A stretch of 63,100 nucleotides of DNA, the filler included. It is 5 parts of 5 records of this genome, joined end to end, with 100 filler letters (N's around TTAATTAATTAA, not from the genome) between each part and the next. Parts side by side here need not be neighbours in the genome. Positions count along the whole stretch, not along the records: positions 1 to 31,668 come from SRR20825010_3569; 4 more parts are not named here. One strand, 5' to 3'. The notes under the pieces are model-generated. The model had not been told where the DNA came from and did no database searches. It saw only the letters and a program-made list of their open reading frames with translations. Both the position numbers and the translations under genes were made by a program. This document shows, in pieces, positions 18,957-28,667 of the stretch. The number at the start of each line of letters is the position of its first letter. Positions within the stretch are counted from its first letter, which is position 1.

Positions 18957-19778
18957 CTAGTATTCACTCACCTCAATTTTGAACGGAATAATTTTCAAAA
19001 GTTTGTCAACATATTTTGGTAAAGTTTGTATTGTGAATTTCCGTTCTGAGGAATAATGACCAGTTGCTTGTATGTTGACTCCCTGATTTGTGAAATAAAA
19101 ACTAACTCTCTCCATTGAGTTGAGAGAGTCCTTATAAATGTGTTCAGGAATATAAATCGAGAATTGACTGATCTTAACTCCGTTATCATAAAGAGGGAAA
19201 CAACCACGTAACCCATCATTATTATAATTTTCAATATCATTTAATACATATTGATAATACAACGCGGTAGAATCGATTCCTGACTCTTTTAATGCATTAT
19301 ATCCAGCAGTTCTTCCGTTTAGTATGTTGGTTATTTGTGGTTTTAACCAAGGTGCTAAATCCACTTTGGAAAAAAGCGGAATCATTTGACGATAATAAGT
19401 TTTTGATGAGTCTAAATTATTGACTGATTCTAAATACCATCCCATAAAGAGCAGTGATGTAAATCTGTGCATGTAGTTAATGCTATCATGAGAAAGGACC
19501 TTATTACAAAAAATCATAGACTCTTTAAACTTATGGTCTTCCTGAAGTAAAAATAGCTTAGCTATTATTGCTGAGTAGTTAGTAGAGTCAATGTTGTATA
19601 GACTGTCAGCTAAGTTCTTTTCAAGTTTTTTGGCAATGCTACAGTCAGGTTCATGACAAGATCCGATTCGACCTAGCGAATCAAGCTTTTTAATTATTGA
19701 TTCAGTTACCGACGAATGATTTTGTTCGCAGGAGACAATCAAAAAAATTATGAATGACCAAAAGAATGAAGATTTCAT
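18957..19778 (-). CDS. Hypothetical AT-rich lipoprotein
   Basis: MKSSFFWSFIIFLIVSC lipobox-like N-terminus. Confidence 0.6.
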   Translation of the reverse strand: MKSSFFWSFIIFLIVSCEQNHSSVTESIIKKLDSLGRIGSCHEPDCSIAKKLEKNLADSLYNIDSTNYSAIIAKLFLLQEDHKFKESMIFCNKVLSHDSINYMHRFTSLLFMGWYLESVNNLDSSKTYYRQMIPLFSKVDLAPWLKPQITNILNGRTAGYNALKESGIDSTALYYQYVLNDIENYNNDGLRGCFPLYDNGVKISQFSIYIPEHIYKDSLNSMERVSFYFTNQGVNIQATGHYSSERKFTIQTLPKYVDKLLKIIPFKIEVSEY

Positions 19779-19853
19779 ATCCTACGTGGTGGATCGTTTG
19801 TCGCTACCACCACACAAATAAACACCATCACCCCCAAACCTCATCTCAAGAAC

Positions 19854-19867
19854 CTGACAAAAATCAG
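19854..19867. promoter_or_regulatory. Crp/Fnr-like box upstream of ccoS
   Basis: CTGACAAAAATCAG; similar CTGATATTTATTAG at 14193-14206 upstream of ccoI. Confidence 0.4.
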
Positions 19868-19931
19868 TTCGTCCATTGAAAACCCTCATGCCAGCGCCTG
19901 TAGAATCCTGATAATCTTGTAGCTTTAGATT

Positions 19932-20126
19932 ATGAGTGTGATCATTATACTTATTGGTTTTAGCCTATTGGTCGCCACGGGCTTCCTGATTGCCTTCCTA
20001 TGGGCGTCAAAATCCGGCCAGTACGACGATGATTACACGCCAGCAATCCGAATGCTATTTGATGACGAACCTAACTCCTCTAAAAATGTCAAACACGAAC
20101 CTCGCCAATCCGCCAAAGGAAAATAA
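19932..20126 (+). CDS. ccoS: cbb3 oxidase maturation protein
   Basis: FLWASKSGQYDDDYTPAIRML. Confidence 0.92.
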   Translation: MSVIIILIGFSLLVATGFLIAFLWASKSGQYDDDYTPAIRMLFDDEPNSSKNVKHEPRQSAKGK

Positions 20127-22251
20127 AGGATTGGACACCTTTTACTACGACAATTCCATCGTACGACTGTTTCTGATCGCCACAACCATCTTTGGTCTGG
20201 TGGGGATGTCGGTCGGACTGTTGGTGGCCTGTCAATTTGTTTGGCCCGAACTAAACTTCGGCATTCAGTACACCACTTTTGGTAGAATGCGCCCACTGCA
20301 TACCAATGCGGTGATTTTTGCTTTTGTGGGGAACGGGATTTTTGCCGGAGTTTATTATTCGCTCCAGCGACTCTGCAAAGCCAGAATGTTCAGCGACCTG
20401 CTGGGTAAAATCCACTTTTGGGGTTGGCAGTTGATTATCCTCGCTGCAGCTATTACATTGCCACTGGGGATCACTACCAGCAAGGAATACGCCGAACTTG
20501 AATGGCCCATTGACATTGCCATTGCCCTGATCTGGGTGGTTTTTGGTATCAATATGTTTGGCACCATCCTGAAGCGTAGGGAACGTCATCTCTATGTTGC
20601 GATCTGGTTCTACATCGCCACCTTCGTTACGGTCGCCATGCTTCATATTGTCAACTCATTCGCTCTTCCGGTTGGTCTTTTCAAAAGTTATTCCTGGTAC
20701 GCTGGCGTACAGGATGCGCTCGTGCAGTGGTGGTACGGTCACAATGCGGTGGCGTTTTTCTTAACTACGCCTTATTTGGGGTTGATGTATTACTTCATCC
20801 CGAAGGCCGCCAATCGTCCGGTTTATTCGTATCGTTTGTCCATCATTCACTTCTGGGCGCTGATCTTTATTTACATCTGGGCGGGCCCTCACCATTTGTT
20901 ATACAATTCATTGCCCAACTGGGCGCAATCGCTGGGAGTTGTTTTCTCGATCATGTTGATCGCTCCATCATGGGGCGGGATGCTCAATGGGCTGCTTACT
21001 TTGAGAGGTGCCTGGGACAGGGTTCGTGAAGATCCTATCCTGAAATTCATGGTTGTGGCGGTGACCTGCTACGGTATGGCCACTTTCGAAGGGCCAATGC
21101 TTTCGTTGAAAAACTTCAATGCCATTGCCCATTTTACGGATTGGATCGTAGCGCACGTTCACGTCGGTGGTCTAGGATGGAACGGGTTTATGACTTTTGC
21201 CATGCTTTATTTTATTATACCAAGGATATACGGTACAGAATTGTATTCCAAGAAATTGGCCAATATCCACTTCTGGATTGGTACCATGGGGATCATCTTC
21301 TATGCTGTTCCGATGTACTGGGCGGGTTTTGTGCAAAGCTTGATGTGGAAACAATTCTCTCCTGAAGGCACGTTGGTTTACAGCAACTTTTTGGAAACGG
21401 TGACGCAAATCATGCCGATGTACATGCTTCGTGCATTGGGCGGAACCATGTATTTGACAGGAGCCATCATCATGGTTGTCAACCTTTGGAAAACAGCTAA
21501 ATCTGGTAGCTTCATTAAGGACACAGAAGCGCAGGCTGCTCCGCTTATTAAGGAATACGTGCCTGCCAAGTCAGAGCATTGGCACAGAAGACTCTTTGAA
21601 TGGAGACCGATCAATTTGATGATCTTTAGTTTGGTTGCTGTTGCGATTGGGGGTATTGTGGAGATTGTACCGACGTTTTTGGTCAGCTCCAATGTGCCAA
21701 CCATAGCAAGCGTGAAACCATACACACCTCTGGAACTAAACGGACGCGATATCTACGTGAGGGAAGGCTGTTATACCTGCCATTCTCAGATGGTTCGACC
21801 GTTCCGATCCGAGACCGAGCGCTATGGCGAATATGCCAAGGCGGGTGAGTTTGTGTACGATCACCCGTTCCAATGGGGCTCGAAACGAACCGGCCCGGAT
21901 TTGCTCAGAATAGGGGGAAAATACCCGGATAGCTGGCATTTTTATCACATGCTCGACCCAACCAGTATGTCGCCGGGCTCTATCATGCCGAGCTATCCAT
22001 GGCTGTTTGAGCAAACCTGGGATAAAGAGCTGACCCCAGCCAAAATCAGAGCCATGCAAACATTGGGTGTTCCGTATGCTGATGGATTCGATGAATTGGC
22101 CGTAGAAGATGCAGAAAAGCAAGCGGATGCGATTGTTGCGAATCTGGCCCTGGAGGGAGTGAAAATGGTTCCTGATGCCGAAATAATTGCCTTGATCGCC
22201 TATCTGCAGCGCATGGGCACGGACATTAGAAATGGTGACAACTCAAACTGA
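20086..22251 (+). CDS. ccoN: Fused cbb3-type cytochrome c oxidase subunits I/II (CcoNO)
   Basis: GRMRPLHTNA, WWYGHNAV, WAGPHH, HVH, then GRDIYVREGCYTCHSQ; start placed at ATG 20086. Confidence 0.95.
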   Translation: MSNTNLANPPKENKGLDTFYYDNSIVRLFLIATTIFGLVGMSVGLLVACQFVWPELNFGIQYTTFGRMRPLHTNAVIFAFVGNGIFAGVYYSLQRLCKARMFSDLLGKIHFWGWQLIILAAAITLPLGITTSKEYAELEWPIDIAIALIWVVFGINMFGTILKRRERHLYVAIWFYIATFVTVAMLHIVNSFALPVGLFKSYSWYAGVQDALVQWWYGHNAVAFFLTTPYLGLMYYFIPKAANRPVYSYRLSIIHFWALIFIYIWAGPHHLLYNSLPNWAQSLGVVFSIMLIAPSWGGMLNGLLTLRGAWDRVREDPILKFMVVAVTCYGMATFEGPMLSLKNFNAIAHFTDWIVAHVHVGGLGWNGFMTFAMLYFIIPRIYGTELYSKKLANIHFWIGTMGIIFYAVPMYWAGFVQSLMWKQFSPEGTLVYSNFLETVTQIMPMYMLRALGGTMYLTGAIIMVVNLWKTAKSGSFIKDTEAQAAPLIKEYVPAKSEHWHRRLFEWRPINLMIFSLVAVAIGGIVEIVPTFLVSSNVPTIASVKPYTPLELNGRDIYVREGCYTCHSQMVRPFRSETERYGEYAKAGEFVYDHPFQWGSKRTGPDLLRIGGKYPDSWHFYHMLDPTSMSPGSIMPSYPWLFEQTWDKELTPAKIRAMQTLGVPYADGFDELAVEDAEKQADAIVANLALEGVKMVPDAEIIALIAYLQRMGTDIRNGDNSN

Positions 22252-22257
22252 TAGACC

Positions 22258-22449
22258 ATGCTGAAATTTGTAAAACATCATATGGAGACCATCGTCGGGA
22301 TAGAATTATTCCCGATGATTTCCCTCATCATCTTCTTCACCTTTTTTGTTGGCCTGTTCATCTACGTCATGCGATCCGACAAAAAGCGAATGGATGAAGT
22401 CTCAAGAATTCCTTTGACCTCAAAAGACAATGAACATGAATTATTATAA
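22258..22449 (+). CDS. ccoQ: cbb3 oxidase subunit CcoQ
   Basis: Small single-TM protein between ccoNO and ccoP. Confidence 0.85.
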   Translation: MLKFVKHHMETIVGIELFPMISLIIFFTFFVGLFIYVMRSDKKRMDEVSRIPLTSKDNEHELL

Positions 22450-23308
22450 ATCAATATCCGCGATGCTATTGCTTTTGGGCTCGCCTTTGTTATCCTCGGC
22501 ACAAGCTGTTGAATCATCAGGTGCTCCTTCGCAGTATCAGCTGGAAATAATCTTAGGCCTCTCGGCTGTCGTGCTGGTCATGGCGCTCGTAGCTTTATCT
22601 ACGGCACTTTATGCCCTGATGTCAATCGTCAATCTGAAAAAACAAGCCGAGTTAGGTGTTCAGGTGGAAACAGAAGGTTTTTGGACGAGATTATGGAAAA
22701 AAATGAACGATTCTGTTCCTATTGAAAAGGAAGATACGGTTATGACGGATCACACCTACGATGGTATCAGAGAATTGGATAACAAGCTTCCACCTTGGTG
22801 GCTTTATGGTTTTTACCTAACCATCGTTTTTGCAGTTGCCTATTTTGCCTACTACCATGTCTTCGATATGGGTGAACTTCAGGAGGCAGAGTATCAGACG
22901 GAAATGCAAACTGCTGAACGGGAAGTGGCTGCTTATCTGGCCTCCATGGACAATCTGATTGATGAATCATCGGTAACCTTTACTGGAGAAGAAGCCGATC
23001 TTAATGTGGGTAAGGAGCTTTTTGTTTCCAAATGTGCAGCCTGCCATGGACAAATGGGCGAGGGTGGCGTAGGGCCAAACCTTGCTGATCAATATTGGAT
23101 TCATGGGGGAGATGTAAAGTCCATTTTCAAAACCATAAAATATGGTGTGCCATCAAAAGGAATGATCTCCTGGAAGGCGCAGATGAGTCCAAAAGAAATC
23201 CAGCAGGTTTCCAGTTTCATCTATACACTTGAGGGTACCAATCCTCCCAATGCGAAAGAAGCGCAAGGGGATTTAGTTGAACGAGAAAGCGCAGACGCGG
23301 GATCTTGA
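22430..23308 (+). CDS. ccoP: cbb3 oxidase subunit III
   Basis: HTYDGIRELDNKLPPWW; CAACHG; GPNL. Confidence 0.92.
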   Translation: MNMNYYKSISAMLLLLGSPLLSSAQAVESSGAPSQYQLEIILGLSAVVLVMALVALSTALYALMSIVNLKKQAELGVQVETEGFWTRLWKKMNDSVPIEKEDTVMTDHTYDGIRELDNKLPPWWLYGFYLTIVFAVAYFAYYHVFDMGELQEAEYQTEMQTAEREVAAYLASMDNLIDESSVTFTGEEADLNVGKELFVSKCAACHGQMGEGGVGPNLADQYWIHGGDVKSIFKTIKYGVPSKGMISWKAQMSPKEIQQVSSFIYTLEGTNPPNAKEAQGDLVERESADAGS

Positions 23309-24735
23309 TGAAAACCGATTTATCAGAACTATATGAGGAGCAGCAAGCGGAGGAGTCGTATCGGGATCATATCTCCACGGTAGACGAATCCGGGAAACGC
23401 ATTTGGGTTTATCCCAAAAAATCAAAGGGGCGATTCACCAATTATAGGTTATTGGTGAGTATCGCCCTGTTGGTGATGCTTTTCTCCGGACCATTTATAA
23501 CCATAGGTGGTGAACCCCTGCTGTTGCTCAATATTCTGGAGCGAAAATTCGTGATTTTCGGTCAGGTGTTTTGGCCTCAGGATTTTTTTCTGGCTGTGAT
23601 TGGCATGATCACTTCGGTGGTTTTTATCGTTCTTTTTACTGTTGTTTTCGGACGAATTTTTTGTGGCTGGATTTGCCCGCAGACCATATTCATGGAATGG
23701 GTTTTTCGCCAGATTGAATATTGGATCGAAGGGGATTACATGAAGCAAAAGAAGCTGAACAAACAACCCTGGAATACCGAGAAGATAGTGAAGAAGTCAA
23801 GCAAGAATTTGATTTTCTTAATTATCAGTGCTTTGATCATGCATACGTTCCTAGCTTATATCATCGGAGTGAATGCGACTTGGAAATTGATTGCAAGTGG
23901 TCCGGCAGAAGAGCCGCTGGGCTTTGTAGCTATGGTGGTGCTCACAGGTTTGTTTTACGGTGTTTTTGGTTGGTTGCGTGAGCAGGTGTGCACGACCATT
24001 TGTCCTTATGGCCGGCTGCAGGGCGTGTTGCTGGACAGGCAAAGTATTGTGGTGGCATACGATCATGAACGAGGAGAAGACCGATCCAAATTTAGAAAAG
24101 ATGAAGATCGAGCAGCTGTCGGAAAGGGAGATTGCATCGACTGTGGGCAATGCGTTTATGTGTGTCCGACGGGCATTGACATCCGAAACGGCACGCAGCT
24201 CGAATGCATCAACTGCACGGCTTGTATAGATGCTTGCGATTCTGTGATGGATAAGATTTCCAAACCAAGAGGTTTGGTGCGCTATGCGTCGGAAGAAAAC
24301 ATTGCCGAGAAGAAAAGCTTTGTTTTCACGGGTCGGATGAAAGCGTATTCGGCTGTTTTGATTTTGCTGCTTGGTGTATTGGCGACCTTACTTATGTTCC
24401 GAACGGACATAGATACAACGATTCTCCGCACACCGGGTATGATGTATCAGGAGCGGGCTGATGGAAATATCACGAACCTCTATCAGGTGAAGCTGGTCAA
24501 TAAAACCAATAAGGACTTTCAAGTGAGATTAGAATTGGAGTCGCCGGCAGGTGCTTTGGAAATGATAGGAGAGGATATCAACATTCCCAAACAAGGTTTG
24601 GGCGAGGGGGCCTTCTTTCTTGTGATTGCCCCGGAAAACCTTGAGGGGGTAAGCACGAATGTGAAAATAGGAGTGTACAATGGTGAAGAACTCGTGGAAA
24701 TCGTTAAGACCCGCTTTTTAGGCCCGGTTAATTGA
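23308..24735 (+). CDS. ccoG: Cytochrome c oxidase accessory protein (4Fe-4S)
   Basis: FCGWICPQT; CIDCGQCVYVCPTGIDIR; CINCTACIDAC. Confidence 0.95.
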   Translation: MKTDLSELYEEQQAEESYRDHISTVDESGKRIWVYPKKSKGRFTNYRLLVSIALLVMLFSGPFITIGGEPLLLLNILERKFVIFGQVFWPQDFFLAVIGMITSVVFIVLFTVVFGRIFCGWICPQTIFMEWVFRQIEYWIEGDYMKQKKLNKQPWNTEKIVKKSSKNLIFLIISALIMHTFLAYIIGVNATWKLIASGPAEEPLGFVAMVVLTGLFYGVFGWLREQVCTTICPYGRLQGVLLDRQSIVVAYDHERGEDRSKFRKDEDRAAVGKGDCIDCGQCVYVCPTGIDIRNGTQLECINCTACIDACDSVMDKISKPRGLVRYASEENIAEKKSFVFTGRMKAYSAVLILLLGVLATLLMFRTDIDTTILRTPGMMYQERADGNITNLYQVKLVNKTNKDFQVRLELESPAGALEMIGEDINIPKQGLGEGAFFLVIAPENLEGVSTNVKIGVYNGEELVEIVKTRFLGPVN

Positions 24736-24765
24736 ATGAATGGCAATGAAATTAATTAAATCAAG

Positions 24766-25209
24766 ATGACTATGAAATGGGATTGGGGCAAAGGAATCGT
24801 AGTAGCGTTTATTCTGTTTTGCAGCTTTGTGGTAACCATCGTGGTGCTGGCTTTTCAGGAAGATTTTGATTTGGTTTCGGAAACCTACTATCAGGATGAG
24901 CTGACGTATCAGCAACGAATCGATGATCGGAGCAATCTTCGTGATTCGGGCTTAACCATCAGTTTGAGGCAGGAGGATGAACATGTCGTGATCAACTTTC
25001 CTGAATCTGAAAAGGAAGTCAGTGGCAGTATCCATTTCTACCATCCCTCAAAAGCTATTTTTGATAAAAAATTTCCCATTGCGCTGAACGAACTCAATGA
25101 GCAATTCATCGATAAGGGCGATCTGATCAAAGGTCGTTTCAAAGTGCAGGTAAGTTGGGATGCTGATGGCACTGGCTATTATCAGGAAGAAGAGGTCTTT
25201 TTGAGATGA
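24766..25209 (+). CDS. ccoH: FixH/CcoH family protein
   Basis: WGKGI..DLVSETYYQDELTYQ; position in the operon. Confidence 0.85.
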   Translation: MTMKWDWGKGIVVAFILFCSFVVTIVVLAFQEDFDLVSETYYQDELTYQQRIDDRSNLRDSGLTISLRQEDEHVVINFPESEKEVSGSIHFYHPSKAIFDKKFPIALNELNEQFIDKGDLIKGRFKVQVSWDADGTGYYQEEEVFLR

Positions 25210-25889
25210 TCAGCGCTTTCCTGATCGGCCTTATTGGGAGCGTTCATTGTGTTGGTATGTGCGGCCCGCTCATGATTTCTTTCACGGAAAAATCGGGTGT
25301 GAGAGCCGTAGGATCCTTCATTCTCTATCATTTTGGTCGTTTGTCAGTTTATGTGCTGGTAGGTGTTTTCTTTGGTTTGATTAGTTCCACCGTGCGTTTC
25401 TTTGCTGTGCAGCAATACCTTGCCATTGGATTGGGTGTTCTTATTTTAGTTTTTTTTGGTTTGCCCAAAATCAGGAACCGCTTCGAAGGCTGGTATTATC
25501 GATCCTCTTTTTACCAAAAGGCCAAGTCCAAACTGGTGACCTATTATGGAACCAGTTTCCGATGGCTGGCCGCAGGCCTGCTGAATGGCTTGCTGCCTTG
25601 TGGCCTGGTATATCTGGCTGCAGCCGGGGCGTTGCTAAGCAGGGATGTCGGATCAGCTTCTGTATACATGCTCGTATTTGGCCTGGGCACCTTACCGGCT
25701 CTTGCATCGCTGGGCTTGGTTCGTAGTTTTTTGCCCTCCTTTTTCAAGCGACTTTCCAATCTCACCACGCCCATAGCCCTGTTGTCAGGATTGATCCTCA
25801 TTCTCAGAGGGGTGATGATCCAATCACCCGACCTAAACCATCTCCTCCGACTGCAAATTTCGAATGCGGTGACGGCTTGTGGGTTTTAA
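25206..25889 (+). CDS. DsbD_2/TauE-like membrane protein
   Basis: GSVHCVGMCGP; NGLLPCGLVY; FGLGTLP. Confidence 0.88.
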   Translation: MISAFLIGLIGSVHCVGMCGPLMISFTEKSGVRAVGSFILYHFGRLSVYVLVGVFFGLISSTVRFFAVQQYLAIGLGVLILVFFGLPKIRNRFEGWYYRSSFYQKAKSKLVTYYGTSFRWLAAGLLNGLLPCGLVYLAAAGALLSRDVGSASVYMLVFGLGTLPALASLGLVRSFLPSFFKRLSNLTTPIALLSGLILILRGVMIQSPDLNHLLRLQISNAVTACGF

Positions 25890-25995
25890 TATTCAGTATT
25901 GGGTACCCCTTGGTTTCAAAATCCAATTTCAAACAATTCCTTTTCTCCAAACTAAACAGTTTGCTAAATGCAACTAAATATAGTTACTTTGGGTT

Positions 25996-26238
25996 GTGTC
26001 TAAGAAAGAGAAACTAATAAGCAGGTTTTTGACCATGCCAACTGATTTTCATTACGATGAGTTGGTGAAGCTTTTAGGGTACTTTGAGTTTATTGAGGTA
26101 CAGAAAGGAAAGACATCAGGATCGAGGGTTAAGTTCGAAAATAAACAAGGTGTGCCAATCATACTTCATAAACCGCATCCAAGCGGAATTATGAAACGGT
26201 ATCAGATGAAACAAATACAAGAAATTTTAGAGCTATGA
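25996..26238 (+). CDS. hicA: HicA family toxin
   Basis: GKTSGSRVKF..LHKPHP; AACTA-N4-TAGTT inverted repeat just upstream. Confidence 0.88.
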   Translation: MSKKEKLISRFLTMPTDFHYDELVKLLGYFEFIEVQKGKTSGSRVKFENKQGVPIILHKPHPSGIMKRYQMKQIQEILEL

Positions 26239-26576
26239 AATACTTGGAATACAAAGGTTATACAGGGAGTATCGAGTACAGTTCAGAAGATAATTTACTC
26301 TTTGGGAAAGTATTGGGAATCAGGGGATTGATCTCATATGAGGGAGAAACTGGTAAGATTCTGGAGGAAGATTTTCATGAAGCGGTGGACGTTTATTTGG
26401 CTGATTGCAAAGCAGGAGGGAAAGCTCCTGAAAAACCCTTCAAAGGCAGCTTCAATGTGAGAATATCAGCGACCTTGCATCAAAAAGCAGCTTTGATCGC
26501 GATGGAAAGCAAAACCTCATTAAATAATTTTGTGGCAGAAGCCATCCGATCCAGAGTTTCGAAAGAGCCTGTGTAA
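26235..26576 (+). CDS. hicB: HicB family antitoxin
   Basis: YKGYTGSIEYS..PEKPFKGSFNVRI..SLNNFV. Confidence 0.92.
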   Translation: MKYLEYKGYTGSIEYSSEDNLLFGKVLGIRGLISYEGETGKILEEDFHEAVDVYLADCKAGGKAPEKPFKGSFNVRISATLHQKAALIAMESKTSLNNFVAEAIRSRVSKEPV

Positions 26577-26643
26577 TCTATAGTTGATGCGAGTTTTTGT
26601 CTTGTTTCTTGAGCTATGGAGTCTGTTTTTATGAATCCCGCCA

Positions 26644-28437
26644 CTAATTATACACAATCAGGAAGTCCCTGATACTGGACTCGGCTCCAAGGTTCATTTT
26701 CTTCTTTAATCGATTGACGCTTTTATGAACGGATTCCAATTCCACGTTTGTTACCTGTGCAATATCCCTGTTGTCCATCCCTACCTTGATGTAGGCTGAC
26801 ATTTTAAGTTGGTTCAAGGTGAGGTCATGGAAATCTCGTTTGATTTTTTCAAAGAACCCGGGATACACCTGATCAAATCTATTGAGGAAGCTGTTCCATG
26901 AATCATCTTCCTTGAGGTTGGCCTGAATTAGCTTTTGGAGTTCTTTAAGATTGGGCGCTCTACCATTGGAAATGAGTGCTTTGTCAATACGTGTCAGCAC
27001 ATTGTTTTTTTCATTCGACTGCATAGCCAATAGTGCCAATTCCCGATCCTTTAATTCAATTTGCTGTTGAAGCAACTCCTTTTCTTTCTTCGATGATTCC
27101 TCCAGGTCATTGGATTGTTCCTGAATGATTTTGTTAACCTTTCTTAGTTTTTCGTTGCTTCTTGATTTGATTTGATTTTGCCTGAATAGCATATATGCGA
27201 TCACAATAGCCGCTAGTAATCCCACTAAGCTTATAATCCAGATAAAACGCTGATTGGCGATCTGTGATTTGAGTTTGATTTCTTCGTTTTGACGCTCAAG
27301 TTCCAGCACCTGCTTCTCCTTATCAAATTTCAACTCGGCATCTAAAAGTGTGAGTCGTTTGGTATTCTCTGCATTGAATAGTGAATCCTTGCTTGCATGG
27401 TAGATTTCTGCGAACTCAAAAGCGGAGTTCAATTGACCTAATTTCCGATAGGTATCAGAAAGATTCTTGGCTGCATCTAATGTGGCTTGGTGATTTTTAA
27501 CTTCCAAGGCATAACCTAAAGATTCCTTGAAAGCATTAATCGCAGCAGGAATAGCATTCATAGCCAGGTAAATTTCACCGATTTTATTGGTAGTAATCGC
27601 CAGATACACTCGATCCCGTGTCTCAAGACGAATTTCTTTGGCCTCCTTTAAATTCTCCATTGCCTCTGGTAAATTCCCATCGGCCACTTGCAAATCGCTC
27701 ATAGCTGTCAGGATTAATCCACGCATGCTACGACTGTTGTATTTCTCAGTAAGTTCCAAGCCTCGTTCATAGTACCATTTGGCGGAATCGTACTTTCCCA
27801 AATCAAAGTAGACTTGACCCAGATAGGCATAGGTGAAATCAAGTATTTCAAATTTCCCCAATGCGATTTTGAGTTTAGCGGCTTCCAATTGATGTTTTTT
27901 CGCTTCTTGCAATTCCCCCTGCTGGTAATACATATATCCCATATTGGTCAGCGCATACGTCAAGCGAAATTCATCACCCACCTTGGTGTAAAAATCAATA
28001 GCTCGTCGATAGTATTGGGTGGCAAGCGGCACATTACCTAGGGTGTAATAGACAGAAGCTAGCACGGTATATATGGAGCCTTCATGTCGGTTTTCGGGAA
28101 TTCCAAGTCCCCTGTGTAGGTAGTGAAGGGCACTGTCGTAGTTACTCCGACATTTGAACATGACCCCTACGTCATACAGGGTTCGCGCTTCAATTTTCGG
28201 GTCTCCTAACTTTCTGGATAAACGCAATGCTTGATGTCCATAAAAGAAGGCACTATCCGAAACCAACTCTGTGCAGTTGGCCGTAAGCTCACTGAGAATT
28301 TCCAGCCGCTTGCGGTCTTCCGTACTCCTATCTAGCTCCACCTTCAAGCTATCGATTCGGGGGCTCTGAGCTAAACAGGAGAATCCGCACAGCAGTAAAG
28401 CCGTGACAGCAAATGGGAGATATTTCATTCTCATCAT
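26644..28437 (-). CDS. Membrane-anchored TPR sensor with C-terminal LuxR-like HTH
   Basis: Signal peptide, TPR repeats, one TM, coiled coil, then LTLNQLKMSAYIKVGMDNRDIA..RLKKK. Confidence 0.8.
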   Translation of the reverse strand: MMRMKYLPFAVTALLLCGFSCLAQSPRIDSLKVELDRSTEDRKRLEILSELTANCTELVSDSAFFYGHQALRLSRKLGDPKIEARTLYDVGVMFKCRSNYDSALHYLHRGLGIPENRHEGSIYTVLASVYYTLGNVPLATQYYRRAIDFYTKVGDEFRLTYALTNMGYMYYQQGELQEAKKHQLEAAKLKIALGKFEILDFTYAYLGQVYFDLGKYDSAKWYYERGLELTEKYNSRSMRGLILTAMSDLQVADGNLPEAMENLKEAKEIRLETRDRVYLAITTNKIGEIYLAMNAIPAAINAFKESLGYALEVKNHQATLDAAKNLSDTYRKLGQLNSAFEFAEIYHASKDSLFNAENTKRLTLLDAELKFDKEKQVLELERQNEEIKLKSQIANQRFIWIISLVGLLAAIVIAYMLFRQNQIKSRSNEKLRKVNKIIQEQSNDLEESSKKEKELLQQQIELKDRELALLAMQSNEKNNVLTRIDKALISNGRAPNLKELQKLIQANLKEDDSWNSFLNRFDQVYPGFFEKIKRDFHDLTLNQLKMSAYIKVGMDNRDIAQVTNVELESVHKSVNRLKKKMNLGAESSIRDFLIVYN

Positions 28438-28667
28438 CTAAGTAATTTAAATTATTGCTCGATAATTTCATGAAATGTCAAACGTATCCAATAAGCTCCT
28501 GTCCTGTGCATTTTTCGAAAAATCGCCTTTTTTGATATGGAATGAGGGAAAATAAGAAATACTGTCCAGTAAATGTCACGTCGGCGGTCATGTAGATGTC
28601 ATGTGGCGAAAATCAATTCCCCTAACAAATAGGACGAATTTTGTATTCACGGATTTAATAAACAGAC

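Noticed and set aside
20086-22251. CcoN-CcoO fusion as a novelty
   Set aside because: It is a common arrangement in Bacteroidota.
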